A stretch of DNA of 64,000 nt from the NCBI GenBank assembly GCA_964016885.1, contig OZ024741.1, positions 314,588,001 to 314,652,000 of the forward strand, in the 5' to 3' direction. This document shows, one piece after another, positions 53,943-64,000 of this stretch. Below the pieces are notes generated by a model. The model saw only the letters and a list, made by a program, of their open reading frames with translations, was not told the DNA's origin and did no database searches. How positions within the stretch are numbered: the first letter of the stretch is position 1; every line of letters starts with the position of its first letter. Position numbers and translations under genes: made by a program. The DNA comes from Eledone cirrhosa (taxonomy: Eukaryota).

Positions 53943-56900
53943 GGTGATGCAACGCTTCTTATCGCCTCCAGTCTTTTTCAAAGTGTTACCTCTTTTTCAC
54001 CCGTTCTAAACCTTTTATTCAAGTTTTAAATTTGATAAAAGTTTAGAAGAAGTGACCCACCTAATACAGGGGTTCACTAGTAAATAATACGGCAGCCCTT
54101 TATGGGGTGTCGTATTCGTATTTGTGTAAAAATATGTTTTTGAAAAATTTCAACATGGATAACACAAGAAAGAGAGAGAGGACTGTCAGACAAAACAGAG
54201 GGAGGGAGACTTTATCAGCATTTCAACAAGACAGCATTCCAGCGGAGGTAAATATAAACGAAAATATTACAAAGGAATAAAAGATTGTTACAGATTTAAA
54301 ATTACCAAATATTTCTAACACAAACAACACCAACAATAACACCAACAACATCACCAACAACAATACCAAAAAAACAGCGGTAAAGTCGAGAACGACAATA
54401 ACAATGACAATAACAACAGCCACAACAACAATAATAGTAGGAACATTATCAACAAAAACAACAATAATAACAACAGTAACAGCAGCAACAGTATCAACGA
54501 AAACAACACCAACATCTCTACCAGCGAAAACAACAACAATGACACCGATACCTGTAATAGCGACCTCAGCACCACCAGTAAGACCAGTAGCGGCAGCAAT
54601 AGTGGTGCTGCTGAAAAAGGGACCACTTCTTTTCCAGGTGTCGCCCGAAATATCGAGACAGTGTTAGTCACAGAGGAGGAGATGGCAGTCGCAAGGGCCA
54701 TGGTGACAAGAAGCGCAAATAGAGTTTCCCTGAAACCTCCACCCGATGTTTTCAAGGACCAGCAGCTACGGACGGTGACTTACCGCACCGTAAGCAAAAT
54801 CTGACATCGAGTGGAGAGAGCCACGGTGGCTCAAATCCAAAAGGCCTTGGGGTGCGTCTGGACACGCAAAACCCACATCACCCGAGGCAGAAAGTACGCC
54901 ACAGTAGACGTATTTTCGCCACCCCCCAGGAAGCAAAGTCTCACTCTTTGGAAACCCTAAAGAGTGAGGAATTAGTCTTGGTGTCCTCCTACTGCGGACA
55001 GAAAATTGTGAGAGTCAAAGTGACCCAGGTCCCACCCGACGTGCCCATACCTTGGCTGGCCGCGTCTGTCCTTGCTGGAATTGAGAACAGGACGACCATG
55101 CTGCAAGTAGGAAAAATAGGGAGAGAGAACTGATCAGGTATAGGCATGCAAATGCTTATACAAACTGACCAGGAATGTATCGAGGCTATCCCCGATACCA
55201 TAGACTTCAAGGAAGGACACCAACTCCCTATAAGTGTAGAAGGAAGACGGCCAAAATGTTATCTCTGTGGGTCGAAAGGTCACCTCAGGGCATTTTGCCC
55301 GCAGAAGACACCGAAGAGGGCCCCTCTCCTTTCAATACCTGGTCCGCTGATACCAAGAGCAGGACAGGAAACACATGAATAAGCCCCTTCCACGGTGAGT
55401 AGGAAGGCAACGTCCGTAGCACCTGTACCAAGGCCATGGATAACTAAAACAGCATCATCAGTAGCTGCAACACCAATAGCTACATTTGAAATAGATACAC
55501 CAGCAACAAAATTGCCGAAAAGGGCTCCACGACCACCACCAACAGCCGTGGAGTACATACACCTCCCAGACGCCACAGAATCCGACATGGAGTTTGAGCC
55601 GGGACTGACGTGGCAAACAGTCTACCACAAAAAAACAAAAACAAAAAACCCTTAGATTCACCCTCCAAAAGCGAAGGCATACAAAGAGGGGTAAAGGCAG
55701 CAAGGAAACTTGCAGCAACACCACCACAAACACCAACAACGCAAACACACCAGACACGTCCAGATGCTCGGCACCGCTCGCAAGGAATACGAAGCGGTGA
55801 CAGGAGCAAAGATAAACCATCAAAAGTCTGTGGGCTTGCAGCTAGGTACCTGGAGAGGCAAGTCCATGAGAGAAGCTGTCCCTGAAAGGCCGGGCGAAAG
55901 TGGCGAATGCGTACATCGCATCTGTCATCTGCTACCGCCTCACCGTCGTCCCTTGCTCCAGCCCAACTCTGATCAAAATGGAGCGCCTCGTCTTCCGCTT
56001 TTTGTGGAAGGGACGCGCTCCCATGGTCAGACGATCCATCTGCTGTCAGCACCCGTTGCGTGGAGGACTGAGCATGCCATGGCTGATGATGCGCAACATG
56101 CGCTGAGGCTGCGACATCTCTGGTGCTTCCTTGATGGTGAACGGGTGTGGTCGCCGTTCGCCAGGCACATTTTCCCACAGCTCGTCTCCTTGACGGAGCT
56201 GCAGTCCTGGGTCAGAAAAAGACCGATGGATAGCGCTTGGAAACTGGAATGTCTCCAGGCGCTCACTGCCCTCTCCCAGTTGGGCACCAGTATCGGTGGA
56301 ACATCCACCTCGGCGTTCTATAGAGGACTAGTGGAGGGTAAGAGCGACAACGTTCTCGGAGAGATCCTGGGCATCGAAGATCAGCTGTTTGCTCTCTTCC
56401 GGAGAACTTTCAGCCCGGGGCCTGTGGATAACTTCCTAAAATCCCTGGTCTGGCAGTGCTACCGGGAGTGTTGCCGGTTCGAGATAAGCTCTACAGGCAC
56501 GGAAGTGCCGTCAGCCGAGCCTGTCCGAGATGCGCGCATAGCGACGAAACCGTTGTGCACGCACTCGTTCAGTGCCCGAGCATTGCTGACTTGTGGAGCT
56601 ATGTCGAACAGTTGATGTTACGTGTGGGACTGATCCGGTTGTCAACTGAGTCCATTGTGCAGATGTTCTCGCCGTCTTCCTTTGAGGAGGAAGGGCAAGC
56701 GGTTTTCATCTGCCTGGTGGCCATGGCGAAAGAGATTGTGTGGTGTACAAGGTTAAAAGGATTAAAGACAAACACTTTCCTCTTCGGCGAATCGCTAATT
56801 AACTTTTTCAAGTTTCACTTGAATAGGAAAATCAGGGTGGAGAGGCAAGTGCTGCTTTCTAGCAAGTTTGTTGAAAGGTGGGTGAATGTAGCGTGAATGG

Positions 56901-57225
56901 TCCGAGTGAACGGGACCACTCTGAATATACGTCTGTAGTTTGAGAGATGGAAAAATTGAGAGAGGGCGCTTGCCCTGGTAGTCAGGGTGGCCGTGGTCTT
57001 TTGTGTGGTTTTCTCCACGAGTAACCCTCGGAGGTTTCCCCCCTATTGGGGAATGTTTCATTGTTTCAATTTTCATTTTATTGATTATATATATATGTTT
57101 TATGTCTTTTTTCTTTTCTCATATGAATAATAAAAATATTTACACGCACAAAACCTACATCGTACCGTCCTGTTCCGTCTGTGATGTTTTTCTTGATGTC
57201 AGCCCTTTTGGCCAATAAAGAAATC
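53943..57225 (+). mobile_element. Tx1/L1-group LINE, internally deleted
   Basis: ORF1 remnants with CYLCGSKGHLRAFC knuckle; ORF2 remnant GAKINHQKS, LSLKGR, FLWKG, GGL, LPVRDKL..CPRC..ETVVHALVQC; AATAAA at 57214, then (ATT)n. Confidence 0.85.
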
Positions 57226-57247
57226 ATTATTATTATTATTATTATTA

Positions 57248-60200
57248 CAGTTGCATTTATCTTGCTTTATGTTCATACGAGTTATCACCAAGTCACAATT
57301 AGTGACCTCAAGAGACAACAAGGTCCGCCATGTTCAAGAAAGAACATACATACTCACACATGCATCTTTAGTGTTTAGACTTGTGATGTACTTATATTGA
57401 CAGAATCTTCCTTAGTATATGGGCAGTTCCCATTAGTACTATCTTTTGTATTTCTCCTATACGCGGGTTTCCTGGGATTTGCGATAAGTAATCATTAGAC
57501 CCCTTAGGTATCATTCCCAGAGCGCCTACAACCACTGGTATTGTTTTAGTTCTCAATTTCCACATTTTTCCAATTTCTATCTCCAGGTCCTTATACTTGC
57601 ACAATTTTTCAAATGTTTTTATAGATACATTCTTGTCTATTGGAACAGACATATCAATTAGCAGGCATACCCACTTTTTGAAGTCCTTTAATATTATATC
57701 AGGTCTATTTGCATCTATTTTTCGGTCTGTTTGGATGCTAAAGTTCCACAAGATTGAGATGTGATCTTTTTCAAGTATGGGAGGTGGTTGATGCTCCCAC
57801 CAATTCTTTTGATGGGGCAGGTCAAAATGCTTACACATTATCCAATGTATGTATTGTGCAGCTCTGTCATGCCTGTTTAGGTATTCGGTTGGAGCTATAG
57901 GACTGCACATTGAAATTATATGGTCAATGGTCTCTGGTTGTTTTTTGCATATACGGCATAATGGGCTGCATCCATTTTTTATTATGTTGGCTTGGTAATT
58001 TTTTGTTGGCAGACACTGATCTTGTGCTGATATAATCTGTCCTTCAGTCTCCGATTTCAGTTCAGAGGATGCCAACCACTGATGGGTTAACGTTTTGTCA
58101 ACATCAGGATTGTTAGCTCGCTCCGGGTATTTTCCATACAGAGGCTTTTCTTGCCATTTCTTAGCCAGTTTCTGTAGCAGTTCTTTCTTTGCAGTTACTT
58201 TTACCTGCTTTGCTTTTTCTGTGTTTTCCATTTCAGCAGTAAATGGGACTTCTGAAATTTGTAGTCCATTACTGTATCTTTGTGCATCTTTTGTAATGGA
58301 ATATGATCTTTTGATGCTTTCGTGTTTCAAAACGAGTTTGATCATCCAATCATGTGATTCCCTTAGATATGTAGATAATCCAATTGTTGCAGTTTTCAAC
58401 GCAATGTCTAACTGGATTAATCCACGTCCTCCTTCTTTCCTAGGGAGATATATTCTATCTATATCTGCCTTAGGGTGATGCATTCTGTGCATGGTTAAGA
58501 ATTTTCGAATTTTTGTATCGAGCCTACGGATCTCTGTGCTTGACGAGTTGATGACATTGTAATTGTAGGTTACTACTGGTATGGCAAGCGTGTTTATGGC
58601 ATCGATCCTATTCCTTGCATTCAATTCCGTTCTTAAGATTGCTCTTACTCTGCGGTAACATTCCTTCCTTATCCTTTCCCTCATTGTCGAGTGCTTGATT
58701 CCGTCTCCTTCACAAACACCTAGATATTTGTAAGTTTTTTCTTGATCAAGTTCTCTTATCACGTTCCCCCGATCAAGATTAATGTCTGAACTTTTCAGCA
58801 GCTTTCCTCTGGTGAACGTTGTTTTTGGCGCATTTATCTAGTCCAAACTCCATTTTAATGTCATCAATGAACTGCTCCACAGTGGAAAATAGCCCTTGCA
58901 ATTGTTCATCATTTTTTGCAAATAGTTTCAGGTCATCCATGTAGAACAGGTGATTAATGGTTTTGTCATAGACTTTATATCCATGTTTTGTTTCATTGAG
59001 CATTTTACTTAATGGTATAAGTGCGATGCAGAATAAAAGCTGTGATAAAGAGTCACCCTGAAAAATTCCACAATTAATATTAACTTCTCTAGCTTCCAGT
59101 GATTTTGTTTCACTATTCAAAAGGAGTGTCTTTTTCCATGTCTTCATACTGAATGACAAAAACCTCCTGACAACGGGGGATATTTTGAAAATCTCTAAAC
59201 ATTTTTCAATCCAACTGTGTGGCAAACTATCGAATGCTTTTTTATAATCTATCCAAGCAATCGATAGATTTTTGTGTCTATTATGACAATCTTCCAGTAT
59301 CATTTTGTTAACCAGAAGCTGATCCTTACAGCCATATGAGCCTCGTTTACACCCTTTCTGCTCAATGGGAAATAGGTCATTTGTTATCAGGTGGTCATAT
59401 GTGTATTCAGTTAGGACTGATGTTAAAATTTTATACAATGTGGTCAAGCAAGTTATCGGTCTGTAATTTTTAGGATTTTTTGTCTCATCATTCTTCGGAA
59501 GCAGGAATGTAATGCCGTTAACTAGCCATGATGGTATCTTTTCTGGCTCCTTAACTATTTCATTGTAAAGTTGGGCTAACAGCTCATGAGTCTCTGTGAA
59601 GGCATTTATCCAAAAGTTTTGTATTTTGTCTTTTCTTGGGGATTTCCATTTGCTGTTTTTTCTTAGAGCCAAGCGCAACTGTTCAACTGTTATATTTTCC
59701 CATATTTGTTCCTCAAGGTGAGCTGTATCTTTCATTTGTCTGTCTGTCCATGGGGCATGTATGTTATGAACTTTTTCTTCGGCCCAGATCTTTTCCCAGA
59801 ATTCTTGCACTTCCTCCTTGGGTGGTATTGATTTAGCAGTTACTGTTGACTTACCAATTTTTCTGTAGAAGTTTCTTTGGTTGTTTTTGAACATATTATT
59901 GTCCTTATAGAATCTAGATCGTTTTTCAAAGCGCCTTATACGAGCAGCTTTGACCGACACTTTTTGCTTGATTATTTCTATCAGCATGTCTATGTCACAT
60001 GTTGATTTTATACTATACTTTATTTTCAATTTTCTAAGTTTAGTTTGTTTAACATGTTCACCTACTTTATAGTTTGTTAAAATTTCTATGTCAGATCGGA
60101 GAAGGTTTATTTGGCGATTGATGTTCTCTTGCCAAGTAGATTTCTTGTGGGAATTCCTTTGTTTTTTCATCTTCACTCCACATAAGTGAGTGGTGACTTT

Positions 60201-61202
60201 AGCCGATGCATAATATAGATGATTTAAATCAGTAATGTTTAGTTTGTTTGTGATGATAATGTTTTTGAGGATTATGTTAGTCTTGTGTATTATCTTTTGG
60301 TTCTGTTTGGAGTTCTGGATCTTAGGGAGGGTTTTTCGTTGCCCCATGTCAGATTCTTTCATTTTCATCCATTCGATCATAATTTCATCCTTCAAGTTGG
60401 CAAGTTCATTCTCATTCATTTCTTTATCATTTACGATCTCATTATTTTCATTTTGAGTTTCATCTTGAGCATGCACTCCCTCCACTTTTTCGATCCTTTC
60501 TTTAATTTGTTCTGTTGCCAGTGATTCCGCCCCAACCCTGGGATTCGAAGTGTTACAATTTACCTCGTTTTCACTGACACATGTTTCATTTTCCCTTCGC
60601 TGACTTTGTGCTAATAGCTTGATCTGATCAATTTCTATATCAGTTAGTAACTTTTTTCTTACAATATTTCTTCGTATATTGGCTAGTTTGTTACTGTCAA
60701 TATAGCCTCTGTTTTCGTGATGTTTCTTTTTCCAGTTGATATATCTCTCTTCTGTATTCGATGTATTTGATGGGTAGTACATGGCAGTGTAGAAAGCCTC
60801 AAGGACTTCTTTATTATCTTCCCTTGACCATTTTTCTCTCTTTCTTTTTGATTTCTTGGTGGTGAGCATGGAGGGCCAACAGTAGGAGTATTCCGGTCAT
60901 GGGAGGTCTCCAGCTCCGAAGTGATGGGAAGGTTTGAACCATTAGCTGATTTTTAGACCCCAGTCTGGTTCCTCTCTGAGGGACGCGGCCCTTTTTTACC
61001 CGGGTGACGGCCGATCGGGTATGAGATTTTATCATAAGACATTTACTTTATTTTGTCGCGTTTTATCCTTATCCGCCAAGGGGTAATCATTTCGTGTTAC
61101 CACTTCTAGAATGAGTGTCAGCCAAGACTAGAGGGGTCGTTCGCCCCTAGAGACACGGCTATTCCCCGCCGGCCGCCATCCCGGTATTTCTTGGTCACGG
61201 GG
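57248..61202 (-). mobile_element. Apparently full-length R4/Dong-like element, family A
   Basis: GC-rich 5' UTR, N-terminal domain, RT, CCHC and RLE, with the 3' UTR abutting (TAA)n. Confidence 0.92.
57392..61035 (-). pseudogene. R4/Dong RT-RLE polyprotein with frameshifts near 60870 and 58820
   Basis: NYRPITCL, EQKG, WIDYKKAFDS, GIFQGDSLS, NHLFYMDD, YKYLG, GGRGL, CRIC, RPD. Confidence 0.9.
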
Positions 61203-62169
61203 TTTTCTTTTTGTTGTTTTTTTTAAATTGTTATTATCATGAGTGGTTCCTTAATGTGAGCATTGCGTGGCTTAAGAATGAAATTATTAATAATTGTCTC
61301 CACTCCAGGCACAAGGCCAGCAATCACCCAGTGCATTACAATAATATAATATACGTTTTGTTGCAGTTGGCTGTTATTGTTGTTGGCTATGTCGGTGGTG
61401 GTGCCGGGCTATTTATATTGTTAGGTGAGGAAGGGGTGAGCCAGCAGTCCCATAGTTGTTGATGTTGACGTTTGGCCGTGGCCAGGTCACTAAGTCAATC
61501 TATTTATATCTTTTGCTAGCCTCTCCCTTGTCTAGTGATACCGCCACCTTCCCCTTTCTCTCTCAAGTTAACAGGGGAATAGTGGTGGTAGCAATGAAGG
61601 AGTGGTGGCGGCGGTGATGGGATAGTGGTAGCAATGATGGATGGAGTGGTGGCGGCGGTGGCGTTGTCGTTACTGAGTTTTGTGATATGTAGTATCTATG
61701 AGTTTGTGTTCGTATGTTTAATATATATTGTGTTGACATATTCCCGTAAATTTGGAATTAAACATTTTGTTAAAACTTGAGACAATAATAATGGTAATTA
61801 TTATTATGCTGCTGGGATTGGTGGTGGTGGTGGTGAAATTGCCGTTATCTGGCTGTTATATTAATGTGATGGGGTAGGTGGTGTATCAAGTTTCTGGTGT
61901 TGGTGAAATTGCTGTTATTTGGCTGTTCTATAAAGTGTAGACAGAGGGTGTTTTCTTCCATTTATAACCATTTTCTTTTTTTGAATACAAAATATATAAT
62001 ACAAAATTGAATATTTGAGCGATATAACCATATAATATGGATCCGAAATTTAGTGGGACTTGAATCGGTGGTTTATGCAACATTTGTACTAAGAATTGTT
62101 ATTTCACAATTGATTTAAATATGTTAAAAATCAAAAACTTACGGGAGCGATTTCATGACCTTCTAACAC

Positions 62170-62203
<34 letters not shown>

Positions 62204-62204
62204 G

Positions 62205-64000
62205 TTGTTATTCCTTGAATCTCAGTCATTGATGTTGGTTAACTGGAAAGTCCGTTGGATTGAATATCAAGCCACTACCTGCAGCCTCAGATATTCAGGA
62301 CGTATCGGAAGTTCTTGCTGTTCCAAGCAAGCATGCCTTTTGAAGCGTTCCAAAAAGCGTGAAGGGGCCGATTTTCTTTAACCATCCCTGGAAACTTTTG
62401 GAGATAGTCCCCAGTGCGCCTATGACAATCGGGATCACTTTGACATCATGGCAGTTCCAAATCCTTTTCACCTCCCACTTTAGGTCCTGGTATCGGTTAA
62501 TTGTCTCCCTCTCCTTCTCTTGCACTCTCGTGTCGAACGGGCAGGCCACATCCACAATCAGGCACGATCTTTTTTCTTTGTCCACAACCACCAGGTCAGG
62601 TCTATTGTGTTCCAGTTTTTTGTCCGTCTGTATCCTAAAATCCCACAGCACCTTCACCTGATTGTTCTCCATCACCGCCTCTGGCCTATGCTCATACCAT
62701 TTCTCAGAATGTGGTAAATTGTTTACTTTGCACAGGTGCCAGTGGATCACCCTGCCCATCACATCGTGTCTCCAGCCCTTATAGTGGGTCTCGGCTAGGT
62801 GTTTACACTCGGACACAATGTGAGCCACAGTCTCCTCTCTCTCTCCACAGATCCTGCACAGTGGGCTAGCCTCCTCCTTGTAGATATGGTGCTTCAACCA
62901 CTTCGTTTTGAGGGCTTGCTCCTGCGCAGCCATTAGCATTCCTTCTGTAGCCTTTTAGAGGTCTCCTCTTCTCAACCAGTTCCATGTCTGTGGATCTCTA
63001 AATTCAGTTTTCTCAAAGAAGGTACTATGAAGGGATTTTCCCTTAAGGCTGCTCTTCCTCCTTGATGTTATTTCCTCCTTGGACATCCCCTGGCCTACTG
63101 TCCCCTCCTTCAGTACAGTTCTGAGCATTGGCTCCTTACTATAGGTCACGTATTTGTATAGGTTGTTTTTCTCCATCTGAACACAGTCCTCTATGCTGAT
63201 AAGACCTCTTCCACCCTCAGATCTCCTTAGGTAGAGTCTATCGACATCACTCCTCTTGTGGAACATGTTGTAGATAGTCAATAGCTTCCTAGTCTTGCTA
63301 TCCATTTCTTTTTGTTCAGCAACATTCCATCTCAGAATTCCCGCACTGTACCTAATAATAGACACAGCTCGGGAATTTACTGCGCTTATGGCATTTCTGC
63401 TGTTCAGATGTGACTTCAATACGCTCCTTACTCTCCGAATGTATTCAGTTCTTAACAATTCCTTCATTTTTTTGTTCTTTATGCCATCAGCCTCCAGAAC
63501 GCCCAAATACTTGTATCCTTCCTCAGAGTCAATTTCTTTTATCATCTCACCTGTTGGTATCTGGATCCCGTTACTTCTGCTCAACCTACCCCTCTTCATC
63601 ACAATGACTCCACATTTACCAATACCAAACTGCATACATATATCACTGCTGAAAATACGGACAGTGTCAACAAGCACATCCAACTCCTTCTCACTTTTCC
63701 CGAAGAGCTTAAGATCGTCCATGAAGAGGAGGTGATTGATGGTAAGCTCTCCCCTTCCCAACTTGTATCCTGCGCTCACTTTTCGCAGCATAATGGTCAA
63801 GGGCATCAGGGCAAGGACAAACAACAGAGGGGACAGACTATCTCCCTGGAAGATACCTCTCTTGATCTTCACGCTTCCCAAGGATACTCCAGTTGATGTC
63901 AACTCTGTCTCCCAGGACCCCATACTCCTGCCTAGCAACTGTCTGATGTTATCTGCCACCCTGAAGATCTCCAGGCTTTTGGTGATCCAGGAATGAGGCA
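62205..64000 (-). mobile_element. R4/Dong-like element family B (runs off the window); ORF frameshifted near 62950
   Basis: GIFQGDSLSP, NHLLFMDD, YKYLG, GGRGL, CRICGEREETVAHIVSEC, HNRPD..IVDVACP, VIGALG; 3' end at (TAA)n. Confidence 0.92.

Noticed and set aside
54223-54755. Hydrophobic minus-strand ORFs resembling membrane proteins
   Set aside because: Antisense of the (AAC)-rich low-complexity part of the Tx1 ORF1

Overview
This is AT-rich, microsatellite-dense eukaryotic DNA. The repeat repertoire suggests a cephalopod, probably Octopus (inference). It lies inside a large + strand gene; I recognise five 135-nt, phase-1/phase-1 exons, each encoding one 8-Cys EGF-like module of the MEGF10/SCARF/laminin-EGF type. 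Exons 1-4 sit in recent tandem duplications of a 5.6-8 kb exon+intron unit, and the copies are mosaics of each other. Exon 5 is an older paralogue whose flanking intron is better conserved than its coding sequence, which suggests accelerated or diversifying evolution of the repeat. The introns are filled with retroelements: Penelope-like elements (PLEs) with minimal hammerhead ribozymes (one is copied into every duplicated unit), RTE fragments, SINEs, a tRNA-like tandem/inverted unit and a Ginger-type MITE. From about 51.4 kb an (ATT)n tract is serially invaded by SINEs, R4/Dong-like and Tx1-like elements. All alignments and counts were done by eye. Introns are labelled A (1-13366), B (13502-21431), C (21567-28546), D (28682-34184) and E (34320-39046).
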